This document shows, piece by piece, positions 10,762-25,025 of a stretch of DNA of 64,000 nucleotides. Numbering within the stretch: position 1 is the first letter of the stretch; every line of letters begins with the position of its first letter. The stretch lies in the NCBI GenBank assembly GCA_963767925.1, contig CAVYGB010000008.1:2176001-2240000 (forward strand), read 5' to 3'. This DNA is from an uncultured delta proteobacterium (GTDB lineage: Bacteria; Myxococcota_A; Polyangia; Fen-1088). A model generated the notes under the pieces. The model did not search any database and was not told the DNA's origin. It saw only the letters and a list, made by a program, of their open reading frames with translations. The position numbers were made by a program, and so were the translations under genes.

Positions 10762-11790
10762 GTGGCCGGCCGGCGTGCAGGAACCCCGCTCTACTTCGAG
10801 CCGCTGCGGACCGCCGCCGCTCGCCTCGCCGACGGGCTGGTGCGGCTCGCTCCGCCCGCGACCCGCGCCGAGCTCGCCGCCGCGGAGCGGGAGCTGGGAC
10901 GCCCGCTGCCCCCGGTCTACGCCGAGCTGCTGAGCTCGTTCAACGGGCTCGATCTGTTCGGCGAATCGATCGTCGTGCTGGGCGTCGGGGCGGCCCCCTT
11001 CGGCTCCCTCGTCGCCGCCAATCGACCGCCCCAGCCCGATCGGCTGGCGCCGGGAGAGCTCGTGTTCGGCCAGACCTCCGAGGGGGACCTGCTCGCGCTC
11101 GATCCGGAGCGGGTCATTCGCCTGCGCCCCGACGCCGACGAGCGCTGGCTGGAGGGGACCGATCTTCCCTGCTGGCTCGAGGCGAGCATCGCCCGCGAGG
11201 AGGTCGTCTACGACCGGGAGGGCGAGTTCAAGCTGGAGGCGTTCGAGCCCGACGGGGAGGTGACGGCCGCGTACGGGCTCAAGCAGGCCGAGCGCGCGGT
11301 CCGCAAAGATCCGGGCTCGGCCTTTGCCCAGTACGAGCTGGGTCAGGCCCTCCGGCGGCTCGACCGGCTGGACCGGGCGCAGGCCGCTCTCGCCCGGGCC
11401 GGGGCCCTCGATCCCGACAACCCCTGGCCCTGGTTCGACCTCGGCCGCACCCAGCACGCCCTCGAGGAGCACGGGCCGGCGGCGCAGTCGTTCCAGGAGG
11501 CCGCCCGCGCGGCGCCCGGACCGGCGGGCGCGCGTTTCCTCCTCTGGGCGGCCCGCTGCCTCGTCGCCCAGCGCGACCGCGCCTCCGCGGCGGCCGCCGA
11601 TGGGCTGCTCGCGGAGGCCCGCCGTCGTCACCCCGCGCTCGTCGATGACCTGCGCCTGGCGGCCGAAGCGGATCCCGAGAGCGACGCCCAGGAGCTGCTC
11701 CGCCTGGTGGAGGCCGACGTGCCACAGCGGCGCCGCTTGCCCCTGCTGGCCGACCCGCCGAAGCCACCGAAGCCGCCCACCCGCCGCTGA
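10762..11790 (+). CDS. SMI1/KNR4 (SUKH) domain plus TPR protein
   Basis: PPATRAELAAAERELGRPLPPVYAELLSSFNG; TPRs QYELGQALRRLDR and WFDLGRTQHAL. Confidence 0.85.
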   Translation: MAGRRAGTPLYFEPLRTAAARLADGLVRLAPPATRAELAAAERELGRPLPPVYAELLSSFNGLDLFGESIVVLGVGAAPFGSLVAANRPPQPDRLAPGELVFGQTSEGDLLALDPERVIRLRPDADERWLEGTDLPCWLEASIAREEVVYDREGEFKLEAFEPDGEVTAAYGLKQAERAVRKDPGSAFAQYELGQALRRLDRLDRAQAALARAGALDPDNPWPWFDLGRTQHALEEHGPAAQSFQEAARAAPGPAGARFLLWAARCLVAQRDRASAAAADGLLAEARRRHPALVDDLRLAAEADPESDAQELLRLVEADVPQRRRLPLLADPPKPPKPPTRR

Positions 11791-11794
11791 GCGG

Positions 11795-13255
11795 TCAGGG
11801 GACCGGAGCTTCGCCGATCGCGACGAGCGATCCGGCGGCGTCTTTGCCCCGCAAGACCGCCGCCACCCTCCGCACACCCGCTGGCAGCGCCACCTGGAAC
11901 AGGCTACCCGCCTCGAACGACCGGCGCTCCGATCCGGTGGGCACGGCGAGCGCGGTCCGCTTGCCGTCGACATCCTCGGTATAGAGGGTGAGGGTCCCCT
12001 CGGCCTTGCCCCCCGCCGGCCCCTCCAGGGTCACGTTCACGCGTCCGCCCTGGAAGCTGAAGGAGAAGCCCCCACGCAGCAGGTGATCGACCATCCCGGC
12101 GGCGTAGCCGGCGACCTCGGGCAGGAGTGCCTCGGCCGCATCGGCGTACACCCGCTCGTCGAGGAAGAAGTGCACGCGGTTGGGCAGCCGCTCGTAGGCC
12201 AGCGCCCGCCGGCCTTCGATCAGCATGTGCTGCGTGCCCGGCTTGCGCAGCTCCAGGCGCCCCAGGGTGGGATGGGGATATTCGAGCGAGGCCCGGGCTG
12301 CCTCCACCACATCCCGGGGCGTGCTGGCGGCGTCGACCGGGACGTCCTCGGGCAGGGTCCCCTCGGAGAAGAACCGGCGCTGCGTCCGGTCGGCCAGCCC
12401 CTCCCCGTCCCGGGCGGAGAAGAAGCCCTCGAAGCTCGGGCGCCCCACCACCTGGCGAGGCCCGGGCACCCCGATGCGTCCGAACCGATCGGCGACGAAC
12501 CGCTGGAAGGTCGAGGTCTCGTCCCCGTCGCCCCCCCGGCCCAGGTAGGCGGCCCGGAAGTCGTTGCGCACGTGGGCCGGCTCGCCCACGTCCTGCAGCG
12601 CTGCCAGTAGACCGCCCAGGGCCATCAGGGACCGCACCAGGGCCGCCTCGCGGGCGGTCGGATCGGGCGCCGACACGGCCTGGGCGAGCTGCTCCTCGAA
12701 GACCGGTAGCCCCTGGTCGTTCTGGGGCGCCTTGACCCACTCGAGGGCGGCCTTGCCCGTCAGATCGAACACCGTGCCGGAGGCCAGGCCCCGCAGGCTG
12801 CCCCCATCCTCGAGGGCCAGCCGGACGGCGTGGGCCGGCCCGGAGAGGCCGCCGCCGTCGTCCAGGCCCTGGCCGCTGCGCGGATCGAGGAAGTGGTTGC
12901 GCCCGCGTTCGGGCGGCGTCTCGGCCAGGACCGCGCCGGCCGTGACCCAGGCCAGGGCGGGGGCCATCCCGTCGGCGTCGGGCCGGTAGCCGCCCTCGGG
13001 ATCGAGGGCCATCAGCCGGGCCCAGAGCCCGCGGCGGCGCCCCGGCTCGAGCAGCCGGGAGTGCAGGCCGAGCGGCTCGAACCCGCCCAGCGATCGCCCG
13101 AGCCGGCGCGACAGCACCTTGTGAAAGCTGGAGGCAGCGAGCGCGCGCTGGGTGAGCCCGGCCTGGGTGGTGGCCGGGTCCCAGGCAAACGCGGGCGGGG
13201 CCGTCAGGCTGGCCGCCAGCCAGGTCGCCGCCAGGATCCTCGTCGACTTCCTCAC
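11795..13255 (-). CDS. Secreted protein with phospholipase C/P1-nuclease-like fold and degenerate metal ligands
   Basis: Signal peptide ending AFA then W-D-P; NHFLDP; LQDVGEPAHVRND; GTG start overlaps the upstream stop. Confidence 0.6.
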   Translation of the reverse strand: MRKSTRILAATWLAASLTAPPAFAWDPATTQAGLTQRALAASSFHKVLSRRLGRSLGGFEPLGLHSRLLEPGRRRGLWARLMALDPEGGYRPDADGMAPALAWVTAGAVLAETPPERGRNHFLDPRSGQGLDDGGGLSGPAHAVRLALEDGGSLRGLASGTVFDLTGKAALEWVKAPQNDQGLPVFEEQLAQAVSAPDPTAREAALVRSLMALGGLLAALQDVGEPAHVRNDFRAAYLGRGGDGDETSTFQRFVADRFGRIGVPGPRQVVGRPSFEGFFSARDGEGLADRTQRRFFSEGTLPEDVPVDAASTPRDVVEAARASLEYPHPTLGRLELRKPGTQHMLIEGRRALAYERLPNRVHFFLDERVYADAAEALLPEVAGYAAGMVDHLLRGGFSFSFQGGRVNVTLEGPAGGKAEGTLTLYTEDVDGKRTALAVPTGSERRSFEAGSLFQVALPAGVRRVAAVLRGKDAAGSLVAIGEAPVP

Positions 13256-14409
13256 GGGCGGGGCCCCTGGGGCGCCGGGTTGGCCGGCGTGGGCGGGGCC
13301 GGGGTGGCCGGCGCCGGCGCAGGTGGGGCGGGGGTCGCCGGCCCTGGCGCCTGCAAGTCGGGCACGTGGCTCTCGACCAGCTTGGCCAGCCGGAGCACGG
13401 CCGCCGGATCGGAACATTGCCCGGAGCCGCAGCTCAGCGAGGCCACCACGCCGCGCTCCCGCAGCAGGAAGGCCAGGCCCAGCACGTCCCCGGCCCGCGC
13501 CCGCAAGGAGGCATCTCCCACCTCGGTGCCGGGGGTGGCGCCCGGGAGCTCACCGAGCAGCTTGCGGAACTGCGCCTCGGCGCCGGCGGCCGGCAGGCGC
13601 CACAGCCGCAAGGCGACGTCGAAGCTCTCGGGTTGACCGCGCGCCTTGAAGTGGCGGCTGTCGTAGAACTCGGTCCGGGGCAGGTCGATCAACCGCCCCA
13701 CCTCGAACTCGCCGATGTAGCCGGTCACGCCCCGCACCTCCTCCTCGGACAGCAGGGGGGTGGCATCGAGCAGCGCCGGACCGCCCGGGACCGGCGTCCC
13801 GTCCGGGCTGATGGTCGGCCGCTGCCCCTCGAGCTCCATCGCCGCCGCCTGCACCTCTGGAAGGAGGGCGGTCCGCACCGTCGCCCCGCCGCCCAGGAAC
13901 ACGACGTGCTGCTGGTGCGAGAGGCTCTCCCGCCACTTCTCGAGCCGGACGCGGTTGTTGCGCTGGCTGAAGTCCCGGCGCGAGGTCCCCTCGGGGAAGC
14001 GGCGGTCGCTGCGCCAGCCGACGTAGCCCTTCTGGTAGACGATGAGGGTGAACCGGCGCACGCGCATCGACCCGCCCGAGGGCAAGCTGTCGAGGGCGGA
14101 GATGGCGTAACGTCCGTCGGCGCCGGTCTCGGTGGCGACCTCCACCGCGCCGGCGGGGCCCACCAGCCCGAGGCCGCGCTCGAAGGCCCAGGACCCGGTG
14201 ACCACCGCCCCCGGGATGGGCCGGTCGGTCTCGCCGTCGACAACCATGCCCTCGAAGGGGCCCAGCAGATCGCCCGGCGCCATGGTGTCGGGCCGGTAGG
14301 AGAACGGCGCCCGTTCGACCAGAGGACCGCAGCCACCGCTCACCGAGAGCGCGACGAGCGCGACCGCACAGCGAGAGCTCCGAGGGAATTTGCCTTCACG
14401 AACGCGCAC
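13252..14409 (-). CDS. Lipoprotein with carboxypeptidase-regulatory-like (Ig-like) domain; start uncertain
   Basis: LSVSGGC lipobox-like; GMVVDGETDRPIPGAVV and TGADGRY motifs. Confidence 0.7.
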   Translation of the reverse strand: MRVREGKFPRSSRCAVALVALSVSGGCGPLVERAPFSYRPDTMAPGDLLGPFEGMVVDGETDRPIPGAVVTGSWAFERGLGLVGPAGAVEVATETGADGRYAISALDSLPSGGSMRVRRFTLIVYQKGYVGWRSDRRFPEGTSRRDFSQRNNRVRLEKWRESLSHQQHVVFLGGGATVRTALLPEVQAAAMELEGQRPTISPDGTPVPGGPALLDATPLLSEEEVRGVTGYIGEFEVGRLIDLPRTEFYDSRHFKARGQPESFDVALRLWRLPAAGAEAQFRKLLGELPGATPGTEVGDASLRARAGDVLGLAFLLRERGVVASLSCGSGQCSDPAAVLRLAKLVESHVPDLQAPGPATPAPPAPAPATPAPPTPANPAPQGPRP

Positions 14410-14515
14410 GTGCGGACCTGGTCTCAACACGTCTAACAACATCCCAGCAAGATGACAATCCCCATGCAAACCGCCCACCGCGCGCTCTTTTTGCGATAAG
14501 CTCCTCGTCGGAGAC

Positions 14516-15382
14516 ATGTCGAGTTGCCCGCGATGTGGAGGCGTCAACTCCGAGGCCGGACCCTACTGCCAGTTCTGTGGCGCCAGTCTCTCTGGCCCAT
14601 CGGCTCCGGCTGCTGCCGAGCTCGCCTGCGCGAGCTGTGGCAACCCCAATCCGGCCGGCACCAACTTCTGTCACTACTGCGGTAACCACCTGGAGGCCCC
14701 CGCCGCCGAGGCCCCCTCGGCGGGTCCTCGCCGCGACCGTCCTCAGGCCCGTCTGGTGGCGGTCCGGCGGGATGGCAGCGACGGCGACAGCTACAAGGTC
14801 GAAGGGGAGCAGTTCGACATCGGCCGCAGCGAGGGCGACCTGGTCTTCGAGGATCCCCACATGGCCCCCCGCCACGCCCGCATCCTCTTTCGCAACGGGC
14901 AGCACCTGGTGCAGCCCCTGGAGGTACGCAATGGCGTATATGTGCGCATCCGGCAGCCGGCGGAGCTGTTCGACGGAGATCAGTTCTTGATCGGCAAGCA
15001 GGTGCTCCGGTTCGAGGTCCCCTTCGAGGTGGAAAAGACGTTACGTCCTGCGGTAGAACACGGCGTAGTGTTTTTCGGAACCCCGGTGCTCCCCCCATGG
15101 GGCCGGCTGCGGCAGCTCACGGCAGCCGGGACCAGTCGGGACGTCTACCATCTCACCCGGGTGGAGGTGACCCTGGGCCGCGAACAGGGCGACATCGTCT
15201 TCGGCGACGACGAGTTCCTGTCGCGCCGACATGCCCAGGTTCACTACATCAGCAACCGTGTGACCCTCGTGGACCTGGGTAGCTCGAACGGTAGCTTTGT
15301 ACGCCTTCGCAGCCAGCACATGTTGACTCCGGGAGAACAGATCCGGATTGGCGACGAGCTGCTCCGCTTCGAGATAGGATAG
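14516..15382 (+). CDS. Double zinc-ribbon plus tandem FHA domain protein
   Basis: CPRC/CQFC/CASC/CHYC; FHA1 IGR...MAPRHA...NGVY; FHA2 LGR...LSRRHA...SSNGSF. Confidence 0.92.
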   Translation: MSSCPRCGGVNSEAGPYCQFCGASLSGPSAPAAAELACASCGNPNPAGTNFCHYCGNHLEAPAAEAPSAGPRRDRPQARLVAVRRDGSDGDSYKVEGEQFDIGRSEGDLVFEDPHMAPRHARILFRNGQHLVQPLEVRNGVYVRIRQPAELFDGDQFLIGKQVLRFEVPFEVEKTLRPAVEHGVVFFGTPVLPPWGRLRQLTAAGTSRDVYHLTRVEVTLGREQGDIVFGDDEFLSRRHAQVHYISNRVTLVDLGSSNGSFVRLRSQHMLTPGEQIRIGDELLRFEIG

Positions 15383-15419
15383 AAAGAGGCTCGGAGCATG
15401 CTCTCGTCCCGGGCCCTGC

Positions 15420-16684
15420 ATGGATAGCCCCCCGGACATCAGGATCGCGGCGTTCGGCAAGACCGACGTGGGGTTGATCCGCGAGCACAACGAGGACAAC
15501 CTCCTCATCGCCGACGTCAGCCGGTCGCTGCGCCGTGGAAACACGAGCGAGCCGCTGGCCATGGACCTCGGGTCCAAGGGGGCGCTGTTCCTCGTGTGCG
15601 ACGGGATGGGCGGGGCGGCCGCGGGCGAGGTCGCCTCCCAGATGGCGGTCGAGGTCATCGCCGGGACCCTGGAGGCCGCCGACCCCATGGATCGGGACCG
15701 CTTCGCCCGCCGGATGCGCCAGGCGATCGAGGAGGCCAACGACCGCATCTTCGCCCAGTCCCGGGACAACCAGAACGAGCGGGGCATGGGCACCACCTGC
15801 ACCGCCGTCGGCCTCGTCGACGGCACCCTGGTGGTCGGGCAGATCGGCGACTCCCGCTGTTACGTCATGCGGGGGGGCCGGCTGGCCCAGGTCACCAAGG
15901 ACCAGTCCCTCGCCTGGCAGCTCATGGAGGCGGGGGCCATGACCGCCGAGGAGGCCAAGGGCTTCGAGCACGCCAACATCATCCTGCAGGCGCTCGGCGT
16001 GCAGGAGCGGGTGGAGGTGGTCATGTCCCAGGTCGAGCTGCGGCGGGGCGACCTCGTGCTGGTGAGCTCCGACGGGCTGCACGGCCCGGTGAGCGACGAG
16101 GAGATCCTGCAGGTGCTGCAGGAGGAGCGGGACCTCAAGCGGGCCTGCGACCGGCTCGTCGGGCGGGCGCTCGAGCGGGAAGGCCCCGACAACGTGACGG
16201 TGGTTGTGGCGCGCTTCGACGGCCCCGGTCTGCCCGACCCCCGCCCGGAGGAGCTCGTCGACTTCGTCCCCTACGACCCGGGCTACGATCCCTCGGAGCC
16301 ACCCCGCCTCCGCAACGACCTCGCCGAGAAGGTCACGGTCGAGGTCACGGTGCCGAAGGAGGCCATCCGGCTGACCGGAGGCGGACACGACGCCATCGGG
16401 GCCTCCCCCTCGGGCACGCAGCGGGGCCGGGTCGGCGAGGCGGCGGGAGAGGCCAACGCCATGTTGAGCTTCTTGCTGGTGACCCTGCTGGCGGCGACCG
16501 CCGCCGGGGCCTTCGTCCACTGCGATCGCAGCCGCACCCGCGAACGCGAGGAGCAGGCCGCGGCGGCCGGCGAGCAGGTCAAGGCCCAGGAGATCCGGGA
16601 GCGGGGGAAAAACGACCGCCGGCCAGCGACAAGCCGGCGACCGACACGGCGCCGGAAGCCAAGGCTCCGGATCCGGAGCCCTGA
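15420..16684 (+). CDS. PP2C-family Ser/Thr phosphatase with C-terminal TM helix (probable frameshift near 16605)
   Basis: REHNED, VCDGMGG, GDSRCY, SSDGL, DNVTVV; the tail continues in another frame to TGA 16684 across a GGGGGAAAAA run. Confidence 0.9.
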
Positions 16685-16698
16685 GCGCACCACCGGCC

Positions 16699-17856
<1,158 letters not shown>

Positions 17857-17868
17857 GCCGGGGGGCGC

Positions 17869-18830
17869 TCACTCCACGAGGGAGAAGAACCGGCGCCAGC
17901 GGATCGCGGAGAACCACTCCTTGGCCGCCGAGACCGAGGCCCCGCCGTTGGTGGGACCGCGCGACCACCAGACGATCAGCGCCCGTCCCTTGATCAGCTC
18001 CTGGGGAACCGTGCCCCACACCCGGGAGTCGTTGGAGTTGTCCCGGTTGTCGCCCATCACGAAGACATGGCCTTCCGGCACCACCTGCCCGCCCCAGTCC
18101 CCGCCGCCGTGGGGGTTGTGGATGGTGTTGTGCAGGCGCCCGTCGAGGTTCTCCAGCCAGCGCTCGCACTCCCGCTCGTGGCGGAGGCCGTCGACGGGAG
18201 GACCGTCCTCGTAGCGGCAGACCTCCTTGACGAACTCCCGGGACATGGGCCGGCCGTTGATGAAGATCTCGTTCTTGCGGACCTCCACCTTCTCGCCCGG
18301 GAGGGCCACCACCCGCTTGATGTAGTCGACGTCGGGATCGAGGGGGAAGCGAAAGACGATGATGTCACCCCGCTTGGGCTGACCGAACCGCACCAGCCGC
18401 TTATGGGTGAAGGGGATGCTGATGCCGTAGGAGAACTTTGAGACGAAGATGTGGTCGCCGATCTCGAGCGTCGGGATCATCGAGCCCGAGGGGATCTGGA
18501 AGGCCTCCACCACGAAGGCCCGCAGCAGCAGGGCGATGGCCACCGCCACCCCGATCGATTCGGCATATTCGCGCAGCGACGACTTGCGGGCGAAGGCCAG
18601 GTGCTCGTCCATCTTCTCGTCGAGGCGAGAGAGGGCCTGGCGGGTCCGCTCGTGGTCTTCGCCCTTGAGCGACAGCTCCACCTCGTTGACCGCCGACTCC
18701 ACCTCGCTCACAACGGCGTCGGGGATGCGGTAGCGCTTCTTCTTGATAATGCGCCGCGCTTCGTGCGCCAGATGACGCGCTTCTGCCTGCGCCCGCCGGC
18801 GGAGCCGCTGCTGCTTCCACTTTTCGAACA

Positions 18831-18834
<4 letters not shown>
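17869..18834 (-). CDS. lepB: Signal peptidase I with N-terminal helical extension
   Basis: [28 protein letters not shown]. Confidence 0.96.
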
Positions 18835-20645
<1,811 letters not shown>

Positions 20646-20652
20646 GGGGGGC

Positions 20653-20838
20653 TTACTTGCGAACGACGTCCAGGCTCAGCTGACCAGGCAAGCGGTCGCG
20701 CTCCCGCTCGAGGACGAGATCGATGCCCTGCCGGATGTATTCGGCCACGGGAACCTTCGTCTTCTCGTGCAGCAGCTTGAGCAGCTCGTTCTGCTCCGGT
20801 GTGATGTACACGGTGGTCGAGATCTTCTTCCGCGCCAT
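20653..20838 (-). CDS. cdbA: Ribbon-helix-helix protein, CdbA-like (c-di-GMP-binding nucleoid-associated protein of Myxococcus)
   Basis: [43 protein letters not shown] closely matches my recollection of M. xanthus CdbA. Confidence 0.8.
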   Translation of the reverse strand: MARKKISTTVYITPEQNELLKLLHEKTKVPVAEYIRQGIDLVLERERDRLPGQLSLDVVRK

Positions 20839-20853
20839 CGGTTCGATGCCGAG

Positions 20854-20882
20854 ACCATGCATGACCATATGTGGCTAGTCAA
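20854..20882 (-). promoter_or_regulatory. Sigma70-like promoter for cdbA-lepA-lepB
   Basis: Minus strand TTGACT-17 bp-CATGGT. Confidence 0.5.
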
Positions 20883-21075
20883 TGACCGATGTCCCGGGCA
20901 GGAGCAAGGGCCTGCCCCGACCTCGCCCGACCGACGGTGCCGGGGTAATCCCCGAATCGCAGCTCTGCCCGCAGCCCTCCACACCCCCTCGCCCAGCTCG
21001 CCACCAGCGTGCCGGTGAAGCCCGGCCGGGCACGCGCCTACTCCCTTGAGTGAATTGCGATTTGCGTCTAACCTA

Positions 21076-21837
21076 ATGGTCATGATTCAATCCGCCCTTT
21101 TTGTGTCCGGGCTCCCTGCGAGGCGCCCCGCAGCCTGGTTGCTCGCTGGGCTGGGATCCCTCCTGGCCGCTCAGCTCGGCTGCGGCAGCTCCAGCGCCAA
21201 GGGCGGCGACTCCACCGCCGCCTCCGCCGCCGGCATGACCACCTCGGTGGACAAGTCCCGCTGCGACGACCGGGGCAAACAGGTGATCACCGCCGACACG
21301 AACGGAGACAAGAAGCCGGACGTGCTCAAGCTGTACGCCAGCGGCAAGGACACGCAGCAGCTCGTTTGCAAGCAGGTCGACCTCAACGGGGATACCAAGG
21401 TCGACATCGTCTACCACTACGGGGACGACAGCGCCTTGACCTTCGAGGAGTTCGATCTCGACTTCGACGGCCGCTTCGACCTGCGGGCGTTTTACCAGGC
21501 CGGTCGCAAGGTGCGCGAGGAGCTCGACACCAACTACGATCAGCGGGTCGACTTCACGAAGTACTACGAGGGCGACAAGCTGGTCCGGGTCGAGCGGGAC
21601 GCCAACAACGACGGCCGCGTCGACGAGTGGCAATATTACGAGGCCGGCAAGCTCGACCGGATCGGCTTCGACAGCACCGGATCGGGACGCGTCGACCGCT
21701 GGGAACGGGCCCCCGACGAGGCGGCCGCGGCCAGCGCCGCCGAGAGCGGCGGCGCCCCGCCCGCCGGCACGGTCCCCGCCGGCACGCCCCCCGCCGGGGC
21801 GCCCACCGCACCCACCGCGCCCCCACCTTCGAACTGA
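21076..21837 (+). CDS. Lipoprotein with repeated Dx[DN]xDG (Ca-binding-like) motifs
   Basis: AQLGC lipobox-like; DTNGDKKPD, DLNGDTKVD, DLDFDGRFD, DTNYDQRVD, DANNDGRVD, DSTGSGRVD. Confidence 0.8.
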   Translation: MVMIQSALFVSGLPARRPAAWLLAGLGSLLAAQLGCGSSSAKGGDSTAASAAGMTTSVDKSRCDDRGKQVITADTNGDKKPDVLKLYASGKDTQQLVCKQVDLNGDTKVDIVYHYGDDSALTFEEFDLDFDGRFDLRAFYQAGRKVREELDTNYDQRVDFTKYYEGDKLVRVERDANNDGRVDEWQYYEAGKLDRIGFDSTGSGRVDRWERAPDEAAAASAAESGGAPPAGTVPAGTPPAGAPTAPTAPPPSN

Positions 21838-21957
21838 GCGGCGTTGCCCCCAGGTGGGCGGCGGTGAGAGATCCGCCTGCCAGGTAGGGGCCCTCCCAGC
21901 TTGGTGTGAGTCAGTGTGTAACTGGCATTACAATCGAAAATAGAGATAATAAACGGG

Positions 21958-22311
21958 ATGTCCACCATGACGAAGGCGAGCGATCGGCGGTCGGCCCCCC
22001 GGATGGCGCTGGATGCGGCCGCGGTGATTCGGTTCGAGTCGGTGGGACCCGAGTTCCGCTCCCGGATCATCAATGCCAGCCGCAACGGCATCCTCCTGGC
22101 TATGCCCGAGCAGCGACCCCTGGGCACGCGGATGCACGTAACCGTGCGCATCGGAGATCCACCTTTCGAGATCAAGTTGAGCGGGCTGGTGGTGCACGTG
22201 GCCGACAACCCCTCGGCGCCGCCCGGCTTCACCACCCAGGTGGGTGTGTTCCTGACCGAGGTGGGCCCGGCCTGGGAGTCGCTCTGCCGACGGATCAGCG
22301 AGAGCCAGTAG
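21958..22311 (+). CDS. Stand-alone PilZ domain protein
   Basis: RRSAPR (RxxxR) and NASRNG ([DN]xSxxG) motifs. Confidence 0.88.
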   Translation: MSTMTKASDRRSAPRMALDAAAVIRFESVGPEFRSRIINASRNGILLAMPEQRPLGTRMHVTVRIGDPPFEIKLSGLVVHVADNPSAPPGFTTQVGVFLTEVGPAWESLCRRISESQ

Positions 22312-22331
22312 TCTGGGTCGATGTGGGTGGG

Positions 22332-22405
22332 TGGCGGATCAGGGAATCGAACCCCGGACCCGGCGCGTATGAAACGCCTGCTCTAACCATCTGAGCTAAT
22401 CCGCC
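22332..22405 (-). tRNA. tRNA-Met(CAT), probably elongator; CCA not encoded
   Basis: GGCGGATTAGCTCAGATGGTTAGAGCAGGCGTTTCATACGCGCCGGGTCCGGGGTTCGATTCCCTGATCCGCCA; paired G1-C72; TTCATAC loop; Ile2 not formally excluded. Confidence 0.93.
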
Positions 22406-22546
22406 GTGCTTCGCGACCGGTGCTTCCAGGGCATCCTGGCTTCACCGTCGGGTTGTGTGGAGCCCGCCGATTTTGCTCAGCAGCGCGGATCTGTCAAGCA
22501 CGCCCTTGCACAGTTGCGCCTCCTTGACTTTGTCAGCTTCGCCTTC

Positions 22547-22576
22547 TTGACTGTCCGCACAGCCTCCCCGTATAAC
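22547..22576 (+). promoter_or_regulatory. Sigma70-like promoter for the DUF507 gene
   Basis: TTGACT-18 bp-TATAAC, 12 nt before ATG 22589. Confidence 0.55.
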
Positions 22577-22588
22577 CCCCGCCAGTCG

Positions 22589-23101
22589 ATGAAGCTCTAT
22601 GCGGGCAAGATACCGGTCATCGGCGCTGAGCTCGTGCGGTCGCTGATCGCAGACGGAGACATCGCCGTTCTCGACCGCGCCGAGGCCGAGCTGGACGTTC
22701 AGGCCGTGCTCAAGGAGTACCTCCGCCTGGACAAGGAGATCACGGAGAAGTCCAAGGACCTGCTCCAGAAGCGCAACCTGCCCTACGAGCAGTTCGGCAA
22801 GGTCAAGCGGTCTATCGCCCAGGAGAAGGGCTTCGGCCTCGGGGACGACGCCCTCGACTGGATGACCAACCAGATGATCGAGTCGTTCATGCAGTCCTCC
22901 CACATCGAAGAGGTGTTCGCGGAGGACGGCGTCTTGCGCCGGAAGATGACCGACGTGCTCAAGAAGCACATGATGGTCGAAGAGGAGCTCGACGCCGAGG
23001 TCCGCCGCCGCATCAAGAACCTGGAAGAGGGGACCTCCACCTGGGAGGTCGAGTACCAGCGGGCCCTCGAGCAGATCAAGCGGAACCGCGGCCTGGATTA
23101 G
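22589..23101 (+). CDS. DUF507 family protein
   Basis: MKLYAGKIPVI start; ELDAEVRRRIKNLEEGTSTWEVEYQR tail typical of myxobacterial DUF507. Confidence 0.75.
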   Translation: MKLYAGKIPVIGAELVRSLIADGDIAVLDRAEAELDVQAVLKEYLRLDKEITEKSKDLLQKRNLPYEQFGKVKRSIAQEKGFGLGDDALDWMTNQMIESFMQSSHIEEVFAEDGVLRRKMTDVLKKHMMVEEELDAEVRRRIKNLEEGTSTWEVEYQRALEQIKRNRGLD

Positions 23102-23855
23102 CCCGCGGCGGCCCCGCGGACCTCCGGCCACCGCCGGGCGGGGCGCCCGCTTCGGGCGAAGGCGGACCGGGGGGCCGGTCCCGGTCGCGCGCCAGGTGGA
23201 CCACGGTGCGCACCAGCTTGTCGATGGCCTGACCGGCCTGACCGAGGTGGAGCTCCTCGTGGAGGAAGCCGCCGGTGCTGATGACCCGGCTCTTCTTGTC
23301 GATGAAGATGTCGTTTATCGCGCTGGGGCGAATGTCGGCGCCCATGACGGCGGCGTGTTTCGTGGCGGTCACGGTGCGGGGCCCCAGCGTGAGGCGCACG
23401 CCCGCGACCGGCCCCAGCACCCGCGCCGCCAGGACCGAGGCCAGCCCGATGAACCCCATCGGCCGGTGGGTGCCCAGGGCCGCCTTGAGCAGCCGGACAA
23501 CGTCGGGGTGGATGTCGCAGAGCTGGGCCTTCAGGGCATAGTTCGAGAGGATGGTGCCCACCCCGGCCCCACCGGGCACGATGAGGGCGTCGAACTGGTC
23601 CACCGCCGTCGCCCCGAGATCCAGGATCGGCCCTCGGGACAGGCGGGCCGCCTCGACCAGCGGCTGCCGGGTGGCCCCCGCCACCACCTGGTTGAGCAGG
23701 TGATCGAACACCGGCGCCAGCGGCTGCGCCGGCGCGGCACAGATACCCCGCGCACCGCTTCGCTCGATCGAGAGCAGCGTCAGCAGCGCCTCGTGGGGAT
23801 CACTGCCGTCGCCAGCGCCGCACCCCGACAGAAGCACGAGCACGCGCTTGGGCAT
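23076..23855 (-). CDS. elbB: ElbB/DJ-1 family protein
   Basis: VLLSGCGAGDGSDPHEA, EAARLSRG, DALIVPGGAG; the usual nucleophile-elbow Cys reads GFIGLA. Confidence 0.8.
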   Translation of the reverse strand: MPKRVLVLLSGCGAGDGSDPHEALLTLLSIERSGARGICAAPAQPLAPVFDHLLNQVVAGATRQPLVEAARLSRGPILDLGATAVDQFDALIVPGGAGVGTILSNYALKAQLCDIHPDVVRLLKAALGTHRPMGFIGLASVLAARVLGPVAGVRLTLGPRTVTATKHAAVMGADIRPSAINDIFIDKKSRVISTGGFLHEELHLGQAGQAIDKLVRTVVHLARDRDRPPGPPSPEAGAPPGGGRRSAGPPRANPGRGSA

Positions 23856-23902
23856 CTCTCTTGGCTATCAGATGGGGCTTCGGCCGCCAAGCGGCGCCGC
23901 GC

Positions 23903-25021
<1,119 letters not shown>

Positions 25022-25025
<4 letters not shown>

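Noticed and set aside
20885..21050. Possible ncRNA or riboswitch (two GC hairpins) between cdbA and the lipoprotein gene
   Set aside because: No recognisable family motif; such hairpins are expected by chance at this GC content
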